A stretch of 64,000 bases of DNA from Lepidodermella squamata (GCA_047495785.1 JBLDXI010000017.1:868001-932000), one strand, 5' to 3'; positions 36,499 through 49,800 are shown, counted from the stretch's first letter. Numbers and translations are program-made. Notes: generated by a model from the sequence alone, not told the origin.

Positions 36499-37572
36499 TC
36501 AAATGTAAAGAGCCAACTTGTGATAGTAGATGTGGGTCCCAGGGATCGGGTTTTTGCACGTGTCCGATTTTATGTAACACTGCTTCGATGAATCTGAGAG
36601 AGGTGTTGTGGTATCAGCAAATGAGAAGCCAACGCATTCGGGCATCATGTCGCAAGCCGAGCGGCACTCGGCAATCGAGCACCTCACGCAACCAACTCGC
36701 TGATCCCCTGACAGACTGTTGTCGAGCAAGTAATTTTCCTGGCAATTACCAGGGAAGGCTGCGTAGACGGGTGATATTCGCAGGAAACTATTGCCAGACG
36801 AAATTAGTCCGCTTTTTTGGCAATTTCGCGACTCCATTTGACATAGGCCATCCGGCGTAAAAGTAACACGTCTGCAAGCTGGCATCGACATGCATCTGCC
36901 GTAACATTGGTCTGGGGTGCAAACTGGTTGCCCAGGTGAGGGTGTGCAAATTTCGAGCAGCTCGTACGAGCACATGTCCATCTGCACGAAACCAGGCAAC
37001 ATACCAGGCGTGTTTGCTATAAACAAATTTTAATATGATCTCTCATTCGTTTGTGCTGTTGTTGAACTTACAAACAATTTTTCCTAAAACAGAAAGCTGT
37101 GTGGGTTTGTTGACGAGGACATCGAAATCTGCTGGGTCAATGATAGGTACCGTGATCATATCGAGGACGCTACCGCCATAGGCCATTTGACGGCTTGCGA
37201 AGTCCCTTCTTGTCGGATGCATGACCAGCGATGTCGAACCATCAGGGTAGTAACGCTGGAAAACATTTTGCATCGTTTGGTCGTACGGGTCTACCCTCCA
37301 TTCCAAAGACCGTCGCGACGAAGCGCTGCTGGCTTCAGTGTAGTTGTGATGGGAGCTAGCTGTTGGCAGAACCCGCGGACCTGTAACGTCGGAATCATGC
37401 CGCGCATACTTGTGCGCGTTGCCTATTCTATTTGCCGATACATCGATAACTCGTACCGGCTCTAAAATCGTATGGGTTCATTATTTAAAATTAAAAAATT
37501 GTCCTTACTTGGCGCGAAGACGCAGGTTACAACCGTCAGTAAGAACGAGGTTGACAATAGTTCAGCCAACAT
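36499..37572 (-). CDS. Secreted protein with tandem PAN/apple-like Cys-rich domains, family member A
   Basis: Signal peptide MLAELLSTSFLLTVVTCVFA. Last exon has QCYGRCMSMPACRRVTF and ECRSACDMMPECVGFSF...CYIKS. Confidence 0.7.
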
Positions 37573-38128
37573 TATTCTAAAAGCTAAATATGGAAATGCG
37601 TGAAAATAACACTGTCTACTCATTGACGATGTCTATATTATTTCTGTAACGGTAAGATGTCTCTAGAGAGATCACTCCAGCTTTGCCACTTGCCCTCCTT
37701 TATGACAATGCATAACACCGTCATTGCGTACGTACTGATTTAAGAGCGGTATGAAATCAGAACACTCTCTCCAGCAGCAAGTGAAGTAGGTTGCTATCTG
37801 ACTTGTTTTTTGTTCTGGTATAAAATGTAATCGGAACTGTGCTTTACAAAGGAAGTCAGATTGCACGTGAGGATGCATAGGCCTCATGACCGATAAAAAT
37901 CAAACATTTACTGCGCATATCCGCAATCGGCTGGTCAGATTAATTCCGCGCAGTGTGGTCATTGCGTGTCTAAACACATTGAGGGGCAACAAAATCAAAA
38001 GCATACGACAACACTCTTGTTATTATTATTCATTTTTTTGATGACATGAAGACACAAATTAAACAATAATATTCGTTGAGAGGAAGCCCACGCATAAATG
38101 GGTGCGTCAACAGAGTACGACGGACGAT

Positions 38129-38849
38129 TTAGTTGTAGATAGGAAGTTTTTGGTAGAACGTATGTGTTCCGGGAACAGGCATGTCACAAGTGTCTGATTT
38201 CACATAACATTGCTTATTTCCAGAGTCTGGCGAGTCAGAATACGAGAATCCATCACATAGAGTAATCAGGTCGCAAAGGTAGCGACAATCCTCGATCGAA
38301 CAACGATGACAGCCGATTCGATTGTCATCCGGCAAACTATAGTCCAGCAGAAAATTTCCAGGGCAGTTACCAGGGTACTGAAGGTAAGTCGATGACACCT
38401 TGACGTAGCTTCCGGATGTAGTCTTGCTACTTGGCTGTGGAAGTCTGTCGCAATTTCTTGTTTCAAGGAGACATTGACCATCGGGTGGGAATGTTACCCG
38501 AGCACAAGCCGAATTTGCATCGCATCGGGATGTGCACACCTCAACGGTACAAAAAGTGCCATTTCGAGGGGAGCAAGTTTCGATTGCGGTATAATCGCAT
38601 TTATCAATTTGCATGTAGCCTGGGAGATAACCAAACAGCTGATTCTCTATAAAATTGTTTGAAATGGAAAAAATGGACGCTATAAACAAGATCTATACTT
38701 ATTATCGACTGCAAAGCGCTGAAATCGGTAGGTGTTCGGCCCATTCTCTGAGCATCGACTTTTGATGGTAAACTTGCGGAAACAAACTCGCCATGTATAT
38801 CGCAGCATAACAGAAGCTGCAGGGCCAAATAAGCTATTATCAGTGGCAT
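38129..38849 (-). CDS. Secreted tandem PAN/apple-like protein, family member B
   Basis: Signal peptide MPLIIAYLALQLLLCC. Last exon is collinear with members A and C (GNCPGNFLLDY...RIGCHRC...CDGFSY...CYVKSD). Confidence 0.7.
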
Positions 38850-39134
38850 CGCTTATTGAACAAGAGAAGCGAAGAATTTTCGGACTTGGCACCTGAGCTG
38901 TCGCGATTTTTTCTATCATTGAAGCACGCTATATCCAGTGCGATCATAATGGCTCTTCAGTGCGCAAAAAATGCGTGCTAAAAGCTGTACCGAAACAAAG
39001 ACACATGTACCTTGAGAATATTTTATTCGTAATTTGTCTGCGAAAAGATAGATTTCTAAAATAATTTCTGATCTAATGACATATATTTATCCCCAGCAGC
39101 TTTACTGCATGATGTTCCAGAAAAATCTCGGGTT

Positions 39135-40834
39135 TCAACTAAACAGCTCCAGTTTTTGATAGAAAACGTGGGTGCCTTGAATAGGGCCAGTACAAACATC
39201 CTGCTTTATGTAGCACTGCTTATTGGTGGCATCTAGAGTACCAGGCGTCAAGCTGAAAGAAAATCCAACACATCTGGCTATTTTGTCACAAGCAAGGCGG
39301 CATTCTTCGATGGTGCATCGAACACAACCGACGCGCTGATCGTCCTGAAGGCCGTAGTCATAGAGATAATTGCCAGGACAGTTCCCAGGGAATTGAATGT
39401 AGACATAGTTAATCTTAACGAAGCTGTTGCCAGATGATGGAGGGCTAGCTTTTTGGCACGCTCGAGTTTCCAGTTTACAGGAGCCATCAGTTGCGAAAGT
39501 TATTCTACGGCAGTTAGGCTTCAAGTCGCACTGGGTCGAACACTCCTCAGCTGAACAAGTGGTCGAGCCAGCTGGAGGTTTGCAACTTTCGAGAAGTTCG
39601 TAAGCACATTTGTCCAACTGCATGTAGCCAGGAATGTAACCCAGAAGCTGAGTGGCTAAAATAGGTATAAGTTAGGGTACTAAAGTCACCACCTTGAAAA
39701 CGATCACCTACCAAGTAACTTGTTGATGAGAGTGTCATCTGTTAATGGATTGTTCTGTAATTTGACGGCATCGGCGGCATCAGGAAGGGTTACTACGACA
39801 AAATTTGCAGATGCGTCTGATGGACTGCTGGGGCTTGATTGCCTCGTGGTGCCAGTTTGGCCTGTCAAGCCTGTAGCACCTGAGGAAGCCATCTGGGTCG
39901 AAACAGAACCAGAAGCAGGGGTTGTCCCGGTACCAGCCGTGCCCGCCGATGTAACGGCACCCCCGCTTCGAGTGGTTGTCGCTCCTCCGCCTGTTCCACT
40001 TGTTCCACCCGTTCCACCCGTTCCACCTGTTCCACCTGTAACCGTTGAACCTGACCCGCCAGTTGCTGCGGGGCTCGTCCCACCAGCATTTGCAGTGGAA
40101 GATGAACCACCAGTACCACTAGCTCCAGTGGTGGCACCTCCTGCAGAAGTGCCTGAAGCACCTCCAGCGGCTGTAGTGGCGCCACCCCCTGCAGTTGTCG
40201 CTCCTCCTCCTCCGGTGGTTGCTCCAGAACCAGCGGGCGAAGATCCACCAGGAGACGCAGCGTCTCTCGTTGTAGTGCCTGCTGCAGCAGGACTTGTCCC
40301 AGCTGCTCCGGTTGTCGCGGCACCCCCTGATGTTGTACCTCCGCCAGTGGTGCCAGCTCTTGTAGTCCCGTCATCAGTGGTCCCTCTAGCGGTCGTCGCC
40401 GAACCTGCAGTTGTTGCAGCTCCACCCGCTTGCCTAGGAACAGGTCTCAAACGAGGCGACCTCGTTTTGCTCCTGCTCAGTTCATCCGCGTCCCGTAAAT
40501 GATCCCATAGATTGAAGGATTGTTGGTCCGCGGTGGGATATCGGAAAGTGATGAAATATTTCAAGAGGTTAGAATCACCCCTTTCTTGTCCGTCGCCTTC
40601 AATTAAGACTTCTATTCTTCGTGTGGCGAACGGGAAATTTTCGCCGAACAAACCGAAGTGATCTCTAAGGCTTTCAGCGGAAAATAACTCCGGTGTCTCC
40701 CGGTCACCTCTTGTTAACGGAATTTCGAATGCTTCGCTTTCGTCGATTTTGTAACCACAATGATTCGATATTAAGCTAAGGATGATGACCAATAGTGTTT
40801 GGATGGCTTTTTTCAGATGCAATGATGTTGTCAT
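39135..40834 (-). CDS. Secreted Gly/Thr/Ala-rich (mucin-like) protein with C-terminal tandem PAN/apple-like domains, member C copy 1
   Basis: Hydrophobic N-terminus, ~200-aa G/T/A/S tract, intron at ~39706-39658, Cys-rich last exon. Confidence 0.75.
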
Positions 40835-41517
40835 CGCTCACTGTAGTAGATGATAAAAATTACCACCAGAAAAAGCAGCATTTTTTGTCAAATACGTAAC
40901 CGCTAGCAATATCTGCAGAATTTTCCTGAAACGATAAATAACTTGTTGTGAAGTGAGGAGACAAGCATGGCAGAAAATTAGCTACTTGGTATAACGAAGC
41001 AGAACACCCCATCCGCCTTATTTTTATTTACGCTTCTTTTGACGACGCGGTTACTTGTTTGCGATCGAACCCAAGTGCCAACAGCTGTCAAGCTGCGCAT
41101 GAAAATAGCGCAACGCCCATCTAAACACGCAAATATCCCACTTCGCGTAAATTGAGTAGTGTTACTGATTATTGTTAAACTACAGCCAGAGCATGTGATC
41201 AAACAGAAGGCAACAAGGAAAAATACATGCTCAGCTTCTCCATCAGCATCAAAGGCAGTAGTTAGGAAACACTCTGTAGATTTCGCTCAAAATGAGATGC
41301 AAATTACATTCAAAAAAAGAAAAAAGCATCATTTTTTATTGCACAATAATGGAAATTAGTTTTTAAGCGCAGGTTATATACATTTAAGACCATTTTTTTA
41401 CAGGAACGGAATACCGTCAGACTAGCGAAAATAATGAAAAAAGTGACTGTTGGCAGACACCCCACGAGTAGGATACCATTAGAAAGCCCAAGTCAAATTC
41501 ATGTCAAGGTGAATCAT

Positions 41518-42754
41518 TTACGAAAGGTTTGACTCACTGGAATTTAATTCAAGTTCGCAAAATTCGAGGTAGCTCTTCAGCTCGTCAGGAATGGGCAGCG
41601 ACTCGATAGCATCCTTGCGATTTTTGACACCGTAAGGTAGCTCATTTAAGACAGCGTATCGGCAGCGGCGTTGCAGCGAGCCAACCATCCACGACGCATA
41701 ACGCCTGATCACCCCCAGCTGTCGATCGTTCAACAGATCCGGTTGCTCATCTTCCGACGACTCGGACATATCATCGTAAATACCAGTGATCTGTTCCATG
41801 TCAAGATCTTCCTGACGGCAGCTTTCGAAAAGGATAGCAGCGAACAGGTCTACTTTCTCGGGGTACATCTCCTCAACTTGCGCCAGAATACCGCCGAAAC
41901 GCTTCAACTTGGCTTCGATGTTGAATTTGCAGCGAAATCCAGCTCGAAGAAGCGGCAAAATTCCGTTGTTTACAGCAAGGCCCAGCAACTGCCAACCAGG
42001 CTCTTCGTCGTATAGACTTTTTATAAGAAGCTTGAATTGTGAAATAGCACCATCGATAACACTGGGAATGTAATCATCTTCGTCTAGATCATAAGGCAAA
42101 GCTTCTTCCAGAATGGTAAGCGCGAAATCAGGGTCAGCAATTGCGATATGCAGGAGGTGATAGGCCGGCGATTTCTGATCCTATCTGTTGTTAGTAAACG
42201 GCTCATCTTCCATCCAGTCGTTCCAGATTTTAGGCGGCATGTTGTAATAGGAGGAAATAAAAAGTGCTAACCATGGGCAAATCAGCCGAGGCCCCGTTTT
42301 GCAGTAATGTCTCGATAACATCGTTCCAATGATTGTTAATCGCCAGCAATAAGAGGGATTGGATGAAGCAAGCTGGCAGCTTCAAATTTCTCAATTCTTC
42401 AGCAAGATGAGTCGTGTCTCTTAGAGCGAAAACCGCGTATGCCAGGAAAAAATTGGCCGGTTTGAATTGAGTCGAGGAAACCAGTCCCTTCGATGCACGC
42501 AAAGTAGCGCTGACTGCCTCCAACACCATCTCATGGCTGACATCTTCAGGTAGACTCATGTAAACGGTTGGCTCGTAGCGGATAGTCTGCCATTTGAGAA
42601 TTTCGAAAGGCGTAATCGCTGATGAGATGCGGCAGCTAGCTGGTAATCCCGTATCAGGCAGGAGTGATTTTGCGAACTCGAATAAGGACTTTCGGAATGC
42701 AGAGCTCCAGGGACATCCAGTACTAAAGCAGACCCAGCGATTACTGTGAGGCAT
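41518..42754 (-). pseudogene. Ankyrin-like/SOCS-box family gene with lesions, copy 1
   Basis: SOCS box VGSLQRRCRYAV...IESLPIPDELKSYL. Relative to the intact paralogs it lacks ~50 codons after DLPM, shifts frame, and has TAG (42181-42183) where they have Trp. Confidence 0.65.
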
Positions 42755-43312
42755 AGTTTAAAACTCTAATAAAATACGATAAAAGCTTGAAGCTCAATTC
42801 TTAGGTACCAAAGATGGTTCAAAATCCCAGCTAGAAAATACGCGATGCATAGATGCCCAAAAATAGCACAACCAAAGATAATACCGTATACCGTGAAAGG
42901 ACTACAGAAAGTCTTTCAAAGAATGGAAGTTCGATCCTAAATGGCCACAGGGATTTCAAATTTATTGATCAAATACGAATCTTTTGAACGATTTGAACGA
43001 TCTTAGACACGATTTCAGTAGATGCTCGAAAACCCAAATTTTGGGGAATTTCGGTGATTTAACCCTAAAATTTAGGAATGTCACAAACACCTCTTAATCT
43101 TGTCAAAGATGGGATTTAGCGATGGACACAACATATTATAGCTATTTTTTCTGTTTATTGGCAAGAAGTAAATAAGCTTTGAAAAATCAAGAATAATGGT
43201 ATGCTAGATGACCAAAAGAAAGCATAACACTTATTGTCAATTGAATGCGATTACGAGTCAAACTCGGATCAAATTTATCTCGCAGACTGGCGAAGATTAT
43301 CAAAACTCGAAT

Positions 43313-43577
43313 TCACTGATAATCGCATTTATCAATTTGCATGTAGCCTGGGAGATAACCAAACAGCTGATTCTCTATAAAATTGTTTGAAATGGAAAAA
43401 ATGGACGCTATAAACAAGATCTATACTTATTATCGACTGCAAAGCGCTGAAATCGGTAGGTGTTCGGCCCATTCTCTGAGCATCGACTTTTGATGGTAAA
43501 CTTGCGGAAACAAACTCGCCATGTATATCGCAGCATAACAGAAGCTGCAGGGCCAAATAAGCTATTATCAGTGGCAT
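43313..43577 (-). pseudogene. 5' fragment of PAN family member B, truncated at the duplication junction
   Basis: Identical to 38591-38849, then runs into SOCS-gene 3' sequence: ...QIDKCDY-Q-stop. Confidence 0.75.
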
Positions 43578-43862
43578 CGCTTATTGAACAAGAGAAGCGA
43601 AGAATTTTCGGACTTGGCACCTGAGCTGTCGCGATTTTTTCTATCATTGAAGCACGCTATATCCAGTGCGATCATAATGGCTCTTCAGTGCGCAAAAAAT
43701 GCGTGCTAAAAGCTGTACCGAAACAAAGACACATGTACCTTGAGAATATTTTATTCGTAATTTGTCTGCGAAAAGATAGATTTCTAAAATAATTTCTGAT
43801 CTAATGACATATATTTATCCCCAGCAGCTTTACTGCATGATGTTCCAGAAAAATCTCGGGTT

Positions 43863-45562
43863 TCAACTAAACAGCTCCAGTTTTTGATAGAAAACGTGGG
43901 TGCCTTGAATAGGGCCAGTACAAACATCCTGCTTTATGTAGCACTGCTTATTGGTGGCATCTAGAGTACCAGGCGTCAAGCTGAAAGAAAATCCAACACA
44001 TCTGGCTATTTTGTCACAAGCAAGGCGGCATTCTTCGATGGTGCATCGAACACAACCGACGCGCTGATCGTCCTGAAGGCCGTAGTCATAGAGATAATTG
44101 CCAGGACAGTTCCCAGGGAATTGAATGTAGACATAGTTAATCTTAACGAAGCTGTTGCCAGATGATGGAGGGCTAGCTTTTTGGCACGCTCGAGTTTCCA
44201 GTTTACAGGAGCCATCAGTTGCGAAAGTTATTCTACGGCAGTTAGGCTTCAAGTCGCACTGGGTCGAACACTCCTCAGCTGAACAAGTGGTCGAGCCAGC
44301 TGGAGGTTTGCAACTTTCGAGAAGTTCGTAAGCACATTTGTCCAACTGCATGTAGCCAGGAATGTAACCCAGAAGCTGAGTGGCTAAAATAGGTATAAGT
44401 TAGGGTACTAAAGTCACCACCTTGAAAACGATCACCTACCAAGTAACTTGTTGATGAGAGTGTCATCTGTTAATGGATTGTTCTGTAATTTGACGGCATC
44501 GGCGGCATCAGGAAGGGTTACTACGACAAAATTTGCAGATGCGTCTGATGGACTGCTGGGGCTTGATTGCCTCGTGGTGCCAGTTTGGCCTGTCAAGCCT
44601 GTAGCACCTGAGGAAGCCATCTGGGTCGAAACAGAACCAGAAGCAGGGGTTGTCCCGGTACCAGCCGTGCCCGCCGATGTAACGGCACCCCCGCTTCGAG
44701 TGGTTGTCGCTCCTCCGCCTGTTCCACTTGTTCCACCCGTTCCACCCGTTCCACCTGTTCCACCTGTAACCGTTGAACCTGACCCGCCAGTTGCTGCGGG
44801 GCTCGTCCCACCAGCATTTGCAGTGGAAGATGAACCACCAGTACCACTAGCTCCAGTGGTGGCACCTCCTGCAGAAGTGCCTGAAGCACCTCCAGCGGCT
44901 GTAGTGGCGCCACCCCCTGCAGTTGTCGCTCCTCCTCCTCCGGTGGTTGCTCCAGAACCAGCGGGCGAAGATCCACCAGGAGACGCAGCGTCTCTCGTTG
45001 TAGTGCCTGCTGCAGCAGGACTTGTCCCAGCTGCTCCGGTTGTCGCGGCACCCCCTGATGTTGTACCTCCGCCAGTGGTGCCAGCTCTTGTAGTCCCGTC
45101 ATCAGTGGTCCCTCTAGCGGTCGTCGCCGAACCTGCAGTTGTTGCAGCTCCACCCGCTTGCCTAGGAACAGGTCTCAAACGAGGCGACCTCGTTTTGCTC
45201 CTGCTCAGTTCATCCGCGTCCCGTAAATGATCCCATAGATTGAAGGATTGTTGGTCCGCGGTGGGATATCGGAAAGTGATGAAATATTTCAAGAGGTTAG
45301 AATCACCCCTTTCTTGTCCGTCGCCTTCAATTAAGACTTCTATTCTTCGTGTGGCGAACGGGAAATTTTCGCCGAACAAACCGAAGTGATCTCTAAGGCT
45401 TTCAGCGGAAAATAACTCCGGTGTCTCCCGGTCACCTCTTGTTAACGGAATTTCGAATGCTTCGCTTTCGTCGATTTTGTAACCACAATGATTCGATATT
45501 AAGCTAAGGATGATGACCAATAGTGTTTGGATGGCTTTTTTCAGATGCAATGATGTTGTCAT
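43863..45562 (-). CDS. Secreted mucin-like PAN/apple protein, member C copy 2
   Basis: Same translation as 39135-40834. Confidence 0.7.
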
Positions 45563-46245
45563 CGCTCACTGTAGTAGATGATAAAAATTACCACCAGAAA
45601 AAGCAGCATTTTTTGTCAAATACGTAACCGCTAGCAATATCTGCAGAATTTTCCTGAAACGATAAATAACTTGTTGTGAAGTGAGGAGACAAGCATGGCA
45701 GAAAATTAGCTACTTGGTATAACGAAGCAGAACACCCCATCCGCCTTATTTTTATTTACGCTTCTTTTGACGACGCGGTTACTTGTTTGCGATCGAACCC
45801 AAGTGCCAACAGCTGTCAAGCTGCGCATGAAAATAGCGCAACGCCCATCTAAACACGCAAATATCCCACTTCGCGTAAATTGAGTAGTGTTACTGATTAT
45901 TGTTAAACTACAGCCAGAGCATGTGATCAAACAGAAGGCAACAAGGAAAAATACATGCTCAGCTTCTCCATCAGCATCAAAGGCAGTAGTTAGGAAACAC
46001 TCTGTAGATTTCGCTCAAAATGAGATGCAAATTACATTCAAAAAAAGAAAAAAGCATCATTTTTTATTGCACAATAATGGAAATTAGTTTTTAAGCGCAG
46101 GTTATATACATTTAAGACCATTTTTTTACAGGAACGGAATACCGTCAGACTAGCGAAAATAATGAAAAAAGTGACTGTTGGCAGACACCCCACGAGTAGG
46201 ATACCATTAGAAAGCCCAAGTCAAATTCATGTCAAGGTGAATCAT

Positions 46246-47482
46246 TTACGAAAGGTTTGACTCACTGGAATTTAATTCAAGTTCGCAAAATTCGAGGTAG
46301 CTCTTCAGCTCGTCAGGAATGGGCAGCGACTCGATAGCATCCTTGCGATTTTTGACACCGTAAGGTAGCTCATTTAAGACAGCGTATCGGCAGCGGCGTT
46401 GCAGCGAGCCAACCATCCACGACGCATAACGCCTGATCACCCCCAGCTGTCGATCGTTCAACAGATCCGGTTGCTCATCTTCCGACGACTCGGACATATC
46501 ATCGTAAATACCAGTGATCTGTTCCATGTCAAGATCTTCCTGACGGCAGCTTTCGAAAAGGATAGCAGCGAACAGGTCTACTTTCTCGGGGTACATCTCC
46601 TCAACTTGCGCCAGAATACCGCCGAAACGCTTCAACTTGGCTTCGATGTTGAATTTGCAGCGAAATCCAGCTCGAAGAAGCGGCAAAATTCCGTTGTTTA
46701 CAGCAAGGCCCAGCAACTGCCAACCAGGCTCTTCGTCGTATAGACTTTTTATAAGAAGCTTGAATTGTGAAATAGCACCATCGATAACACTGGGAATGTA
46801 ATCATCTTCGTCTAGATCATAAGGCAAAGCTTCTTCCAGAATGGTAAGCGCGAAATCAGGGTCAGCAATTGCGATATGCAGGAGGTGATAGGCCGGCGAT
46901 TTCTGATCCTATCTGTTGTTAGTAAACGGCTCATCTTCCATCCAGTCGTTCCAGATTTTAGGCGGCATGTTGTAATAGGAGGAAATAAAAAGTGCTAACC
47001 ATGGGCAAATCAGCCGAGGCCCCGTTTTGCAGTAATGTCTCGATAACATCGTTCCAATGATTGTTAATCGCCAGCAATAAGAGGGATTGGATGAAGCAAG
47101 CTGGCAGCTTCAAATTTCTCAATTCTTCAGCAAGATGAGTCGTGTCTCTTAGAGCGAAAACCGCGTATGCCAGGAAAAAATTGGCCGGTTTGAATTGAGT
47201 CGAGGAAACCAGTCCCTTCGATGCACGCAAAGTAGCGCTGACTGCCTCCAACACCATCTCATGGCTGACATCTTCAGGTAGACTCATGTAAACGGTTGGC
47301 TCGTAGCGGATAGTCTGCCATTTGAGAATTTCGAAAGGCGTAATCGCTGATGAGATGCGGCAGCTAGCTGGTAATCCCGTATCAGGCAGGAGTGATTTTG
47401 CGAACTCGAATAAGGACTTTCGGAATGCAGAGCTCCAGGGACATCCAGTACTAAAGCAGACCCAGCGATTACTGTGAGGCAT
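46246..47482 (-). pseudogene. Ankyrin-like/SOCS-box family gene with lesions, copy 2
   Basis: Same translation as 41518-42754. Confidence 0.65.
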
Positions 47483-48027
47483 AGTTTAAAACTCTAATAA
47501 AATACGATAAAAGCTTGAAGCTCAATTCTTAGGTACCAAAGATGGTTCAAAATCCCAGCTAGAAAATACGCGATGCATAGATGCCCAAAAATAGCACAAC
47601 CAAAGATAATACCGTATACCGTGAAAGGACTACAGAAAGTCTTTCAAAGAATGGAAGTTCGATCCTAAATGGCCACAGGGATTTCAAATTTATTGATCAA
47701 ATACGAATCTTTTGAACGATTTGAACGATCTTAGACACGATTTCAGTAGATGCTCGAAAACCCAAATTTTGGGGAATTTCGGTGATTTAACCCTAAAATT
47801 TAGGAATGTCACAAACACCTCTTAATCTTGTCAAAGATGGGATTTAGCGATGGACACAACATATTATAGCTATTTTTTCTGTTTATTGGCAAGAAGTAAA
47901 TAAGCTTTGAAAAATCAAGAATAATGGTATGCTAGATGACCAAAAGAAAGCATAACACTTATTGTCAATTGAATGCGATTACGAGTCAAACTCGGATCAA
48001 ATTTATCTCGCAGACTGGCGAAGATTA

Positions 48028-49392
48028 TCAAAACTCGAATTCACTGAATCGCAGAAAGCTTTTGAGCTGATCTGGGATAGGCAGCGATTCGACAGCTTTT
48101 TCGCGTTTCGCCAAGTCATGAGGTAACTCTCGCAGTATAGCCCTTCGGCAAGAGCGTTGAAGAGAGCCAACGTACCAATTAGCAAAATCATGAATCAACG
48201 CAACAGTTGCATCCCGCTGCCTGGCCTCTTCTTCATTTCGGGTCTCAAACATCAGCATGTCTTCTACATCGATTCCATATTTGATGACGAGACATTCGAA
48301 GAAAAGACTTTCAAACAGGTCCAGCAATTGAGGCATGAAATCCTTCACCAATCGCAGCATTGATGTGTATCGGTAAAGTTTCGCCTCAGGGTGGTAGCAC
48401 CTCAAACCGGCTCGAATTAAGGGTAAGATTCCGTTTCTCATCACGGTTCTGAAAAACGGCACACGAAATTCTTCATCTGGGGACCATCTTAATAGCATGT
48501 GAAGCTCGAAAATAGCTCCGTCGAGTACGCCTGGAATGTAGCAGTCTTCAGTCATATCTATCGGAATCGCTTCCTCCAAGAGCGTAAGAGCAAACTCTGG
48601 ATCAAGGATTGCGATATAGAGCCAGTAAGTTGCGATTGATTCACTGTCCCAGCTAGGATTTTCTATCGCCTCGTCTTCATACCAAACGCTGTAGATTTGA
48701 GGCGGCATGATGTAGTAAGCTTGATTTTTCGAGGCTGCCAATACTTTCTGCATAGTTCTTCGGCATATAGCGACATCATTGCTGTTGATGCTTTCAAGAC
48801 CTTGAAACGGCAGGAATAAAGCTGACTTGACTAGATTGTCATAATTAGCCGCAGCCTTCACCGGTGGAACCCATTCGCCCTCGTAGATCAGCGGTAGATC
48901 AGCCGAAGCGCCATTTGCAAGCAACGAATCGATCGAGTCGTCGTAATGAGAACTTATAGCAGTCGTCAATAGAGCTTGCTTGAAGCAAATCGGCAATTTG
49001 CAGCACTTCAAAGCTTCGTCGAAGGTTTGCGGCAAGGTTGCATCGAATAGAAGGCTGGTGTAGATGATATTTGCAGGTTTTACGGTTTCACCAGACAGCA
49101 AATCGTCAGCATTTTTGCGAATATAAGATACAAAGTGACTGCAGACCTTGGAAAAATCGAGCCGGTTGTCAGCTGATGTGACGTAGATATGAGGGCCGTC
49201 GCTTTGAAATGGCCAGTGAATCAATGGTACTTCGTTTATTACAGCCGCGTTTTCATCGGTGGTAATGGAGCAGGACGGAGAAAAATCGGCAGCGGCTAAA
49301 ATCGACTGGGCGACTTCAATCATCGAGTTTGTGAACGCCTCATCAAAAGGGCAATCTTTTCCCTCGCAAACGTATTTTGAATCATGAAGCAT
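48028..49392 (-). CDS. SOCS-box protein with a degenerate ankyrin-like repeat (putative Elongin-BC/cullin substrate receptor)
   Basis: Intact 454-aa ORF. ALLTTAISSHYDDSIDSLLANGASADLP (ankyrin-like) and C-terminal VGSLQRSCRRAILREL...VESLPIPDQLKSFL. Confidence 0.8.
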   Translation of the reverse strand: MLHDSKYVCEGKDCPFDEAFTNSMIEVAQSILAAADFSPSCSITTDENAAVINEVPLIHWPFQSDGPHIYVTSADNRLDFSKVCSHFVSYIRKNADDLLSGETVKPANIIYTSLLFDATLPQTFDEALKCCKLPICFKQALLTTAISSHYDDSIDSLLANGASADLPLIYEGEWVPPVKAAANYDNLVKSALFLPFQGLESINSNDVAICRRTMQKVLAASKNQAYYIMPPQIYSVWYEDEAIENPSWDSESIATYWLYIAILDPEFALTLLEEAIPIDMTEDCYIPGVLDGAIFELHMLLRWSPDEEFRVPFFRTVMRNGILPLIRAGLRCYHPEAKLYRYTSMLRLVKDFMPQLLDLFESLFFECLVIKYGIDVEDMLMFETRNEEEARQRDATVALIHDFANWYVGSLQRSCRRAILRELPHDLAKREKAVESLPIPDQLKSFLRFSEFEF

Positions 49393-49800
49393 CTATAAAA
49401 CAAACAGAAAATTAATCAAGCAATGAACAATGACATTTAAAATTTAAAATAAAGTTTGGAGAACGTGATGATGATTTCTGATGGAAACAAATTGGAATCG
49501 AGAAATTCGGGATAATGGTCATATTATACTACTGTCTTTAGGAGATAATCAAGACGAGCTCCGATTATCCGAGGCCGCAGGCCGAGGATGATCGGAGCGA
49601 GCTTGCAGGGACACAAAAGGGTCCGAGGCCGAAGGCCGAGGACTCTTTGTGTCCCGATTAGCTCCTAAAGACAGTTGTAAAATGTTCATTATGCTCCGAT
49701 GTCACTTTTTCGGCAGGACAAATTACGCAACACGTTTTGATGGGAAGACAAAATTGTATATTGTGCATTTTGTTTTTTTTTCGTGCGTCGCTTTTTTATT

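Larger units (their letters stand above)
38591..48046. repeat. Tandem duplication with a 4,728-bp unit (38591-43318 and 43319-48046)
   Basis: All ORFs recur at +4728 with identical translations, and I saw no nucleotide differences by eye. Confidence 0.97.

Noticed and set aside
39720-40502. 260-aa Pro/Val-rich + strand ORF (also 44448-45230)
   Set aside because: Antisense shadow of the Gly/Thr-rich tract. The minus-strand frame carries the signal peptide and the spliced PAN exon.
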